Both the position numbers and the translations under genes were made by a program. Below, piece after piece: positions 50,688 to 63,418 of a stretch of DNA of 64,000 nucleotides (positions are counted from its first letter, which is position 1; each line of letters starts with the position of its first letter). The notes beneath the pieces are model-generated. The model saw only the letters and a list, made by a program, of their open reading frames with translations, made no database searches and was not told the origin of the DNA. The DNA lies in NCBI GenBank assembly GCA_977016875.1, contig CDRNST010000323.1, forward strand, positions 1,674,001 to 1,738,000. The letters are read 5' to 3'. This DNA comes from Pavona decussata (lineage: Eukaryota).

Positions 50688-52722
50688 TTTAGCAGTGCAG
50701 GAACTGAAACGAAAATTATTGATTGTTAAAGAATCGGGAAAGGTTCCTGAGTTGAAATTAAGCTAAAAGAGAAGAAAAACAATCAAAACAAAATAAAACG
50801 AAAAGCGGATAACGTATGCATTTTCATACCCTAAAAGTTCCTTTCGACATCATGAAGCAACTGAACACCTTCTGTTTTCATTTTTAAAAGCAAAATTTAT
50901 TGCAATATTCCTTGGCCAAGAAAAGAGGTATGGATCCAAATTTTCAAACATTTCTTTAAGAGCATGTCCCTTTGTAAAAAGAATGTTTGGTTTTAAAGGC
51001 TCATGTTCACCCAATAGGCATTCCGCACCGAGCTGAATTTCGCATAGTCGGAAAATCAGAAAATCACCAACAAGCACCAAATATAGCGAAAGTAATTCAC
51101 GTTCATCGAGCTTATTTCCTGGAGTATCACTATCTTTCGTGTTATTAAGCTTTGCTGTAAAATATCCTCTCGCTTCATTTCTGTGGATATTTTCAAGAAG
51201 AGTCTTCCAGTGAGGAATCGAACAAGGCGTCCCGCTTCGTTTACTCTGTGGCCACTTTGAGGATAATTGTTCAATTCATAATCTTGTAAGAGTTTATTCT
51301 TCCATTTCAGAGTTTTGTTACCTTGAATTATTTTGCATTTGTGCTGACAAAATAAGGTTTTTTTCATCTAAGGAACAGCTCGCCGTTGACAATGTTGTAC
51401 AGTTGTTATTCTGAACGAATATATTCGTCTCAGAGACTCTTCGCATAGCTTTTATTGTGAAACCAAGAAGCGGGAGGATTTGTTTTCTCCTTGCATGCAT
51501 CTGTTGTAGCGATGTTCCTGATTTCTACGGATGTCGATTCGATTTTATTCGCCCGATTCATTTAAACAGAGTTGCGAAGAGATATTGATAAACTGTATGG
51601 TTTTTCCAGGAGGCGTTCCTTCGTTTGTTCCTATTGGCACAGACAAATAAATTAAAAAAACTCATTTACTTAGTAAGCTGCAGATTCATAAACGGTCGAA
51701 TTAAGAATATCGCGCCATTGCTAAACCACCAAAGGTAGAAATAATTTCATGATAGTACGATAGACGGGATCAGTGTTATGATTTTGAAAGCGATATGAAA
51801 TGAGCTAACATTGAGTCCAGTACTGTTAATTTCTTTTCATGTCAACTTCTATAAGAATAGAAAGACCCTTGAAGAATACTGTTTATCTTATACGACAACA
51901 GGTTTAAAATTTTCGGACAAAAATTTTCCAATGTTGAGGGATGCCGGCTGTAACTGCTCGACTGTTCCGCCGCGTCGCTCAAAGGAATGCAGAAAAACGA
52001 ACCAAACCCTCGCCTTTCGTTAGCAGAGAATTTTACACAATGGAGTACAAAGACCTCCAGCGCTTTGGGGAGTAAATATTAATTTTCTTGTAGGTGTAGA
52101 GATTAAAATAAATCGGAGCAACTGAAGCAAAATCAACCAGTCCGATTTGCCGCCTGGTGTGATTTATTTTGAATACGCCATGACCCAGGACACATGCGAC
52201 AGGTGCAAAAAAATTATTCGACTTGATAAATGAAAACAGGACTTACTTGTGTTATCCGATAAATGCGTGAGATAAACAACGCCAAAACGCAGTGAAACAC
52301 CAATCAGATAATAGAGACAGCAAAGGCGTTGTAGCGAAGAAGTCTTCAGAGGGAAACGTACCAATGTTTTCGACAAGGCGATGAAGGAGTGGTAAAGTTT
52401 ACTTTTGCCGCAGGCAACGTCCTGTGTACACTGAAGTTTAATTTGGAACTACGTCGGTAAACAACTAAAATCAATAGCTACGTCAAAACGTGAAGACAAG
52501 CCGTATAAGATGGGACAATATAGGCTACTGTTTAACGAGACGTAGGTCTCGTTCAAATCGCTTTCTTGTCTTACAATTGGGAAGTTTCCGGCCATGGAAG
52601 ATTAAATATATAACAGCCATTTATCACGCAAGTTAGTGTTATTTCTTGTGGAATAATTACATACGCAGACTGTATGCCTGTTCTAATTTTAACGGCTGTC
52701 TGCATTGACAAAAGTGTCAATA

Positions 52723-53070
52723 GGAGGGATGTAGCTGTGCCAGAAAGCGTCCAGTCGTGTTTTGAACTTTCCATACATTTTCCTGTATTTTTTCCCGCGA
52801 GCTATTTCTATAGCAGTTTACGGCTGGTTTGCTAACAGACAAATGTATGGAAAGTTCAAAACACGACTGGACGCTTTCTGGCACAGCTACATCCCTCCAA
52901 TTTTTTTTCTTAAAATCCTTTTCCTATTGCCAAAAGTTTCCAATTCATGAATTTTTCAGAAGCGATGTTTTATGAAAATTATTTGACATCGGATTTCCAT
53001 ACAAACACTGTTATTTCGAGCCTGATTGCCTACTCGTTAAAATGGCGTCGAAAACCGTGATAAGGCCTAT
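52723..53070. mobile_element. Foldback element copy 2 (partial arm, spacer, full arm)
   Basis: Matches ~54124-54472. Confidence 0.9.
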
Positions 53071-53951
53071 TTGTGTGTTTAACGTCCAAAGTATACTTTG
53101 TGTAAAAGTTTTCTTGTCAAGGTATGAAGCAAGGGCGTATTCTATAGGCGAAGGATGGGCCGTAAAGTGTCATAATTAACAAAAAGAACGAAGGTTGAGC
53201 ATAGCATTGAGAGTGAAAATGCATTAAAGCGATCTAGGAGATCGAGTAAAAAGTTGCAATTTTCATTTTGCTGTAACAAATACATTGAAGGCCATTTAGC
53301 CTTGCTTTATTTCCATAAGCTACATGTAAACATGTCAAAAGCGTAAATTAAGCAAATCAACCTGGTTTGTTGAATTTTCTAAACTAAAATTGTCAATAGC
53401 TTTTTCCTGTATAACGTCAACAATTTCACTTAGTTTTATTAAATACAGTGTAAATGAAAAAAAAAAACTTGCCAAGTCTTAATTTTTCATAGGTAAATAA
53501 TCAGTTATCCTGGCTTGTATTTTGCTTTACACAGACGTTTTATAAATTTTCTAAAGTCCAAGTTTGCTTTTTCTGTCCGAAATAAGTAACGTCTGCTGGT
53601 GAGTCTAAATTAAAAGGATTTATTTCTACCGGTTACTTAATTTCGTATTTTAATTAAAAAATGTCAATATTATTTACAAGATGAAAGGTGTTTTGCCATG
53701 TATGAGTAGTGACTGTGTTTCTATTTGATATACCAGACACTGCTATTTACACAATTCTATAAATGTTATGAATTATACCCCGGATACAAGAAAGGTACTA
53801 AATTCTTAAACGGCAATATCTTAATGCCTGTAATTCCGCAGAATAGGCCATTTCCGAGTTGCTGTGAACCTCACTATGAAGGCGAGGCTAGGCGCAAAAC
53901 TTTTTATATAAAAATTAGTTTTGTTTGCATATGAATGAAAACTGATTTTCA

Positions 53952-54472
53952 ATAGGCCTTATCACGGTTTTCGACGCCATTTTGATGAGTAGGCAAACAG
54001 GCTTGAAATAACAGTGTTTGTATGGAAATCCGATGTCAAATAATTTTCATAAAACATCGCTTCTGAAAAAATTCATGAATTGGAAACTTTTGGCACTAGG
54101 AAAAAGAGTTTAAGAAAAAAATTGGAGGGATGTAGCTGTGCCAGAAAGCATCCAGTCGTGTTTTGAACTTTCCATACATTTCCCTGTATTTTTTTCCCGC
54201 GAACTATTTTTAGTAGCAGTCACGGCTGGTTCGCTTTACAGACAAATGTATGGAAAGTTCAAAACACGACTGGACGCTTTCTGGCACAGCTACATCCCTC
54301 CAATTTTTTTCTTAAACTCCTTTTCCTAGTGCCAAAAGTTTCCAATTCATGAATTTTTCAGAAGTGATGTTTTATGAGAATTACTTGACAGCGGATTTCC
54401 ATACAAACACTGTTATTTCAAGCCTGTTTGCCTACTCGTCAATATGGCGTCGAAAACCGTGATAAGACCTAT
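53952..54472. mobile_element. Full foldback/MITE, ~230-bp inverted arms and ~60-bp spacer, nested in a second MITE (53843-54521)
   Basis: ataggccttatcacggttttcgacgcc..ctttccatacattt / aaatgtatggaaag..ggcgtcgaaaaccgtgataagacctat. Confidence 0.92.
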
Positions 54473-54875
54473 TAACAAAAACTTTGTACTTAGCCTCGCT
54501 TTCATAATGAGGTTTAAAGCATCAGGTCAGAATTACAGCGTGCAAAGTTACGTTTTCCCGATATTTGCTAGAACCCGCAAAAAAAACAAACCAAAATAAA
54601 AGTTAAACAAAGCAAACAAACAAAAGTGCCCAACTCGTTGTGCAAAATACCCAAAAACACATACATGTATGCTAAGCGAGTGACTGAATCTACATGTATA
54701 AAATGAGCTATTGTTGTGTTTATCTGTAATTGAATCTCTTTTACGTTTTGGCACGTGGATTCCACCGTTAATAATATACATGTAAAAAAAAAAAAGTTCT
54801 CGATTCTGATTCGCTAAGAGAAATGCAGTTTTCAGGCAACACGATGCAGAAAAAAGGAAATTCAGCGCCAATTAA

Positions 54876-55337
54876 GCCCTGGTCAAACGGCGCATGATAG
54901 TCAACGATAGTTGATGATAGTCGATGTTAGTTAACGTTTGACCACCAACTATCATGCGCTATCGTCGACTATCATCAACTAACATTCATTTTAAGCGTGT
55001 TCAAATTCTTCATGATAGTTGATGATAGTTTTTCCCGTTTGACCACGCGCATGATAGTTGATGATAGTTCTTCGGTCAGCGGTTTTCTCCATCAGCGCTC
55101 TCAAGATGAATTTTCAGTTAGTTCTTGAAACAACTGAATGAAAACGAAGCAGGCAGCAGCTGACCTTCGCTAAGTAAAACTCATCCCTGACGTACCTGAC
55201 ACTAGAGGCTCACGGTAAACTATCGTCAATTATCACGAGTTTCTCCGAGTCGTTTGACCACCCGCTTGATAGTTGACAATGGTTGATGATAGTTTTGACT
55301 ATCATCAACTGTCATCGACTATCATGAGCCGTTTGAC
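54876..55337. mobile_element. MITE with gatagttgatgatag sub-repeats
   Basis: TIR gtcaaacggcgcatgatagtc / gactatcatgagccgtttgac. Confidence 0.75.
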
Positions 55338-58300
55338 AGTGAAAATGGTTTACTATTCTCACTGTCTAAATAATCACGAGACTAGCCTGCGCGCAACGCT
55401 GGCATGTTTGTAATGCTTCGGTGTTTTAGAGTCAATGCCACCCGTGTCTCGTGGGACTTCATCTGCCTATTTAAACATTCTGTTCCTGCTATTTGGTCCT
55501 TCTGGCCAAGTTACGCCGTTCGTTCTGGGATTTCAGAATGTTTTTTACCCACCCAACTCCCCTTCGGCGACGCGTTCTACCTTTCCTTTCTCTGTCTTAC
55601 GACCCTCTGTCTTTGCAAAATCTCGCCTCCCATATCCTAATTCAGCAAAGGCAGTGAGTGGTTACAATGACAGTGAAAATGGTTTACTGTAATAAAAATT
55701 ATTATTAATAATGGTTATAGGACTGAGTGGAGTCCAATTCGGTCTGTAATCATATGAGTGATTAACACGTTTAATCATGAGCATGATTTATAATGAAATA
55801 GTTTAAAAATTAGACTAGACGTGTCAATAAAGGTGTTTTTTGGAGACCCTAAAAACAAGATTGGTGTGACAAGCGATTACATGTATCTAAACCACGAAAA
55901 CCAGATTTGAAAAGTTGTACTTGTACTTTATCTCGTTCTCGTAGTCAAATATGAAGAACAGTTGTATGTAAATGACTGCGCATGCGTCAGGACAAAAATA
56001 CACCAGTTGGGCTTTGAAAAATTTCAGCAATTTAGTGATCGACCTTGAATGTTACCTAATTTGAAAAACTGGTTTGTGAGTCCAGGAAACTCAAATGGGC
56101 AGGAAATTAAACAAAAACCTTCGGTTGACTGAGCTGGAACAATTAAACAATAAGAATTAAACTGCTTTAAACTACATGTATCTCAACCAAAAACCACAAC
56201 ATAATTTCATGTATACTGTACCTGATCAAGGATGGTGTTCAAAACATGGATGAGGTAGTCCTTAATTGTAAGATGGGAATACATGAAGATGGCAACTTAT
56301 CTGTGAAAATATAAACAATTTTATTGTTAGATTAACGACATGTAACAGCAATTTTCCATGTACAAAAAATTACAGGGTATATACAAAGCATTAAATAGTA
56401 TGTGAGGGACTGAGTTTCATGAGGTTACACTTTGCATCTAGTGGGTTTAGCAGTTTGCCTTGAACTTTATGTTAAATGTCCATAAAACACTGTAGATTAC
56501 ATGAAATCACCTGCAAATCAGTGCTAAGCACATATACTTAATAATGCGAGTATTTACAGTATGAGTGCAACCTAGAGCACTAGGCATAAGTCACCTAACT
56601 TTGAACCAACAATTTTAGACTGAACATGAAACATAAACAACATTACTTCTGGAAATCATATTGTATGAGTCACAAAATACCTAGTAAAAATGAGGTCAAC
56701 TGAACTGTGGTACCCCTCATAAACTGTACACTGTATATCTGTCTATTACTGTCTTATACCACTCCACCCAACCCCAAGCCCTCAATTTCTAGGTAGTATG
56801 TTACATTTTACATAGTATTTTTTACCTGTATGTGTACTTGTTAAAAGATAATGTGAATACTTAATTCATTTGTGAGTTATTTATATTGTTTTTAACCTGG
56901 CTTGGGAGTTGGGTGTTTAGTGAGGAGAAAGTTCTGTTCCTTTCTCTTGCTGCGATACTTGTACAATGTACATGTATTTTCAAGAGTATATATGTATCAG
57001 TCAAAACTCAGGAAATATCGACGTGTATTAGTGACCACTTAATTCAAGTTGTATGAAATCCATATCAAACATAATAAAAACAACATTTTATATGACATTT
57101 CAATGTATTTTAGTGCAGTCAGTTTATGTACAAAAACACAAACAGAATCACTTACTTGGACAAGAAACTACAGCAATAAAAGTTAATTGTTTGACAAAGG
57201 AGAACATGGTATAGAAATGGACTAATATAATATTAGTGCCAAGATCCCATGGTCAGTATTCAGGTACGTGCAGGTCTTTAGAAATTCAGTTCCCTGGCAC
57301 ACTAATTGTTGCCATATTTGAGTGGGGCAGTTTTACAAAATGATTGTTTAAAACAGGTCAACACAATAGAAACAGCTCCTTGGGACTTAAAAAGGGTGAT
57401 TGTGACTGTTTAATAGAGGTCAAAATTACAGTAATTAAGGACCGTGCCTACATTTCCTAAATACAGAATTTTTTTTGCACAGTTTATGACTACGCGGAAA
57501 AAGCAGCTACTTAGATCCATAAAAAAAATGGGGGTAGCCGTGCATTTTTTAGAGATAATTAAGCAACAATTATTCTAAAAAGCAGTAAAATACAAAGGGT
57601 TAAGCGACATATGGCGTTTTCTTCTTAATTGAAGCTTTATTATCTCTGAACAATGCATGGTTACCTTCAATTTTCTTTTTGGATACCAAAAGCTAAAAAA
57701 AGCACTTGCTAAGTTCTGCTTTCTCCGCATAATTTTAAACTGCACAAAAATATCCCTGTATTAGTAGGCACTACCCATAGGAAACACGAGTATCTTGAGC
57801 TCCACAGAATGTATTCACAGTAACAAAAGTAGGCGGGGTGTAATTTTTGGACTTTGACAACTGACCGCTTAATAGAGAGTGACCATTTAATACTGTGCTA
57901 ATAATTAGCACAGGTTCGACTGTACATATATTTGTAATATATACAGGTACATTTGTGACAAATGTATTAAACTGAACCAATCTTTGCCACCTTTTGTTTC
58001 AGTCTCCTGTGACTAGATTACACTGTGCAATGGTAGTCAGTGTTCCAGATGAGAGAGGGGTCTAAGGTCAAAACCCAAGAAAGCTGGCTTCCTGGCCCAA
58101 CAAATTAGAGAGAACCGGATCTACTGACCCCTCAAAATTCTTCATTGACTCTCTGATTTTGAAAGACAATTAGGTATCTGGAACACTGAGTAGTAGTATC
58201 TTGTTTTCTTGTGGTGGGTTGGGTGTGACTTGTAAGATTTGATAGCTTGTTGAAATGAAGCCCTGTGTTTAGCCACGCACAACGTATGTTAGGAAGGTGA

Positions 58301-58719
58301 TGATATTCTGTACCAAATGAATACGCTTTGAAATGTAACCAGCCAACAAGCATGTCGATATTAATACTGACCTTTGAATGTCTGCTTTGTACCACAAGTC
58401 ATCGTCTCACAGTCATCTTTGAGAACGATCAACCCTTGACCTTTCTTCTCGTAAGCAAAAATAGTCTACATCTTCATGGTCCTTCATCCGTTACCATACA
58501 GGTTATTTTTGCATACGATCAGAGCGAGTTCTTTCGCCAAGAAAACGATTAAAACTACAAAATTTAAACTGCTTATGTGCACTGCATGCGTGTCCTTCTT
58601 CGAACTGACCGCCTGTTGTTCCAGCCGTGCGACCGCGCCTCCTTCAAGAGGTCATGTGACTGTGACATCTGCTGGCCACTACAAGCGCGGGCGTAAATGA
58701 ATCAAAATCTTCGCTATAT

Positions 58720-58739
58720 TTAACAATTATTCCACGAGC

Positions 58740-58780
<41 letters not shown>

Positions 58781-59015
58781 AGCGGCGAGTTGGCTATAAT
58801 CATTCCATATCCAACAAGCGCAAGTGGAATAATTGTTTTATTAAAAACAATCAAGAAATATTGCTAGATCTTACTGATTTCGCTGTGCAAGAATAACCAG
58901 CAGACAATATAATGGCCGCCATTTCTCAGCCATGGTATAATGGCTCATATACCATGGCCGCTAAGCCAATCAAATCCCTCGAATTGCATTATACAGTGAT
59001 TCAGTTTTTAATAAA
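58720..59015. repeat. Hairpin-containing interspersed repeat (possibly a non-autonomous Crypton-like element)
   Basis: Imperfect inverted repeat 58720-58840 bounded by ttaacaattatt / aataattgtttta. Confidence 0.55.
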
Positions 59016-59369
59016 AGAGTATACACCATAAAAAACTGCTGTACATTTGTTTGTTTTTTACAATAACATTGAAAAAGTACGAGTAGAATTGGGTATTTTG
59101 TCCGTTGAGAAACCGCGTGCGTTATATCTGACGTCATTATTTATTGTCTGTACAACAGCTTCGGGCAAATCAGCGCGCGGAAATTTTAACAGTTACTGTA
59201 AAATGTGATTTTGTTAATGAGCGCTCCTGTCCCAATAATCTCCCCCTTCCTTTAAATGCCCCATATTGCGTTTAACAAGTAATAGGCAACCCTTATGACA
59301 TCAAAGGGTGAACTGCTGTCATTTCACTTACTGTGTCGATATTCTAAGAAACCACACAACACTTTTTAA

Positions 59370-59700
59370 ATTTGAAAACATGTTTCGACTAAAACTTCTG
59401 TCATCTTCAGTTTAAATTATAAAGCACAGAGTTGAATACTGATTTAGTGTAAACCAAAATGCTAATTAACCATAAGCACAAAGGAAACATGACAATGTAA
59501 AATATTACAGAGAAAGTTTTAAATTGACATGATAAAATTGATGATTAAGTGTAGGTTTTTCCCATTGAATGTGAATGGCTTCTTTTATCTTAAGTTGAAA
59601 GGTGGTTGGAGCGTGATCTAGGAATTTTGTAAGTGTTTAAAACAGAGGTCCTGCCACTGAAAATGTGCTCACGTACGCGCGTGGAAAAATGTCGGGTGTG
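59370..59700 (-). mobile_element. Penelope-like element 3' fragment (GIY-YIG C-terminus) with minimal hammerhead
   Basis: Minus-strand TRHFSTRVREH..LDHAPTTFQLKIKEAIHIQWEKPTLN..HVNLKLSL*; CTGAAGA..GAAA core at 59410-59383. Confidence 0.8.
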
Positions 59701-59719
59701 TCATCTTAACCAGTTGCTA

Positions 59720-60050
59720 GTGTTATCTAGCAATAACTTTGCCCCCTTTCCGTTTCCGAATCGTCAAAATAGCTAAAAATCTGGCAATAAGTTCACTCTT
59801 CGTTCATCTCCAAATCGTACAAATGGCTAACAATCTAGCAATACTTTAACTCCCTTTTCGCGTCCAAATGCAAAAAATTGTTCAAAATCTAGCAATAACT
59901 TTACCCCCTTTCCGTTTCCAAATCGTCAAAATAGCTAAAAATCTGGTAATAAGTTCACTGTTTTTTCGCCTCAAATTCGTAAAAATAGCTTAAAATCTTG
60001 CAACAAGCTCATTAATTTTTCGTCTCCAAATAGTAAAAATAGCTTGTTTA
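59720..60050. repeat. Degenerate ~55-bp tandem repeat, ~6 units
   Basis: aatct.gcaataa.tt..cc.ttt.cgt.tcc.aat.gt.aaaatagct recurrences. Confidence 0.8.
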
Positions 60051-60755
60051 TCGACCAAAAATAAAACTTCAACGTATCATGATATATGTCCTATCAAAAC
60101 TATTATTTAAAGGTTTCTATTGGGTTAATTCGTTAAGTTTTCTTCTAAAATGGGTGATATATCAACTGCTAAACAAGACGTCCTTGAGGGTGGCCAGAAT
60201 CCTCGAGATTGTAACGATAGTAGGTTTGATTCCAAATGTAGAACATGCAGTGACTGTTTTTTTTAGCGCGCATAAACAAACTAACACAAACGCTTCTGTT
60301 ATTTGCCAGGTTGTTAATAACCACTTGTTATGACTTGTTATTTAATTGCTTTGGCCAAACACAAATAGAATGTGCTCTTATGCCTCCACACTTGCAAACA
60401 GCAGGGAATATTAATTAACTAACTTAATAAGTAGCTGAATGGCAGTCGCGTGATAAGAGAAAGTAAACATACTCCATTATTGTATTTAATACATGACCTG
60501 AACCTTAATCGTAGGCCTACTCACAATAACAGTTCAATTCAAAACAAAAGCATTCGTCGTCTTTCTTTATAGTTTACTTATTTAGTCAGTTATTTTATTT
60601 TTGTAGTTATTTTACAAATTAGTTATAATTAATTACGTAAAGTAGGTAAGTAAGCAAAAAATTTTGTCTTGGCGTCAATGTGCTGAGGTTTCCTTCAGAA
60701 ACACCCGACGCTGACAAAAAGATTTCAAGCGCATTTTTTTATGTTTCGGCTTTAG

Positions 60756-63345
60756 CTACATTTTAGCCATGGTAGTTGCAAGGACCAATAATGCACAAGG
60801 GAGGATGTGATATCCTTGCCAAATAGCTGCAGAAGATGAACCTGAAAGGTAAATAACAATAAAAAATTGCAAATTTAGCACGATATAACATATAATATAG
60901 TTAACGTAATATACCATCGCTTTTACAACATACCATACTTCAGCACAAGTTTTATTAAGCATGCAGTAATAAAACCTTTAGCCACTTCAAGATGCATGAA
61001 TTACACGGATCCAAAACGTGTTACAGCGTTGTTAAATATATATATATATACGGTTAATTCAGTTGGTGAAAATACTAGACTGATGAAGGAGAGGTCGTGG
61101 GCTCGAAATCCGGCTGGATCATTGACCGGGGTTTTAAAATAACTGGCAACTGACACCACGCCGGGTGTACTTAAACCACTTTAACTTGGATCAACTTAGA
61201 TGATCGCGTCATTGGGTATTGACGTTAGGCCGTTAGCCTAGTCTCGCCGTTAGCTTGTCGCACTGGATAAGTGGTTAACATTAGATAACCCATGTGCCTC
61301 TCTATTCCCCAGTATTGTGGACTGACCTTTGATTTATCACTGAGTTGGGTAAGGTCGGCTAAAAAGGATTGCTGGATGTTATCTCACCCAACTCAGCCCG
61401 AGCGTTTTTGAAATCTGGAGGATAAATAGTGACGCTAAAGCTGTTTCCTTAGTTGTCCGCTAAATTGAAGAGATGACGTTGTCTGACGTGAGAGTACGTC
61501 ATTAATCACAGTCAATCTCTAGTTCTCCTAAATCTTAGAAAACCGTTCAACTTGTGCTTTCCAAGCAAGCGCGAGCATTAAACGGAACCTTCATGGGAAA
61601 AGGACAAAAATTCGCGCTCCATCCCTTCTCGAGCCTCTCCACCTTCCAAATAAAAAGAAAAGTTTTCCGAAATTTGTGTTGTCATTACTACTACCTTTTT
61701 ATAGAACTTTAGAATTTCTCTGCTGGTTTAGATTAAATTTGGGTCATTGAGATTCACCTTTAGACAGTGAAGGGAACTTGGTATTACAATTGTCACCAGT
61801 GCAACACTCGATTTCACACTCCATCAGAGGTCCTATGTTACGTGCCACAAGAAAGCCCCCTACAGCCGCACAAGCTGCTTCTTTGTCTGAAACAAAAAAA
61901 AAAAAGAGAAATCATTTTTTGTATTAGCTGTCTCCCAAAAACTGGCAAGTGGAGTCAGGAACATCAAAGCTTTTTTCTGGTCAGATTTCCTTTTATCATT
62001 GCCAGCAATTTACTTTTCCTTATTCTCAGGTTAGCAGACACACCGAGTCACTGATGCTCTTCCAAATGAAAGATTGTCAAGAGCCAGACTTCAAATGCAT
62101 TCCTTTATGACTTCTAAAAACCGCCAAGGGTAGCAAATTGCGTTTACTCGCAAGAATCCATGGTATCTTGATAGTATGATATTATGTATACGTTCTCTTA
62201 CCAGCACAGTTAATGCAACCTCGAATAAAAACATTCGAAGTTTGTCCTTTGCTGTTCCGAGATTTTCCCACCGCAGAACCACAGTGAGACGTGCCAAGCG
62301 AATACCGATCGGTATTAGCACAAACTGTCGCTTGTTGGTTCTTCGTGCAACTGTCTGCATCACCCTCAAGACAGAGGTTACATTGTTTTGGACCTGCGGC
62401 TGTAACAATAAAACATAAGCGACGCAATTTTTTAAAGTTGAATGCATTAAGTTGAGGCAAGAGAAAATACGGGGACAGAGACGGAAACTGGGGGTGCTGG
62501 CTGGGATACGTGAATTTCACTTAATTTATTTTAAGACATCGTCTTAATGGAAGTCGGTTTCCCGATACGTCCGCAAACGATCAGTGTGACGTCACGGGAA
62601 GTCATCGGAGCGTGTGTATTGGCGGGTTTTGAATATTCAGTATGGCTTTTCTAAGTGGCACTTACAGGCGTCAAGAAAAGTTTGCAGACGTCTCGGGAAA
62701 CCGAATTCCGTTTTCACGACGTCTAAAAATTTTCTCTTGGTTGAGGAGTGTCAGCGTCGTGATTATACAGAGTTATGAACTTGCAATTGGAATTTTGATC
62801 TCAACGGATCTTTGACTTGAAACTGGGTTGTTCATCGCATTTTGGTCTTCTTTTGTTTTTTAGAAAAGAAATCGTTGAATATTGTCTCTCTTGTGAGGGA
62901 TTAGATTCCCATTCAGAGCGCAGTCATACTGCTATTTTGTTTTCATCGTGTAAAAACCGGGTTAAGGGGGGACTTAACCTAAATTTGAATGACATTTGAA
63001 GAGGTTTTAAGAAGGGATAGAAGAAAGATAATGATTTTTGGAACACTGACAGACAGTTGATACCCACGCAAGAGCATCCCAGCTTGCTAGTGGACTAACT
63101 TACAATAAGAAATCGCATACCGCGAGGCACGCGAGATTTTAAAATTTCCCACCATTTGTCGGTATATTGTCAAAAATAAAGTAGTTTATGGTCCACTTCT
63201 TACTCAGCTTGTATGGTATATACTAAAACAATTATTCACCTCAGTGTCGGTGAAAGTGATGGATATTTACCTCGCCGCTTCGCGGCTCGGGAAATCTCCA
63301 TCACTATTCACCTCCACTTTGGCGAATAATTGTTAATTATTATTA

Positions 63346-63418
<73 letters not shown>

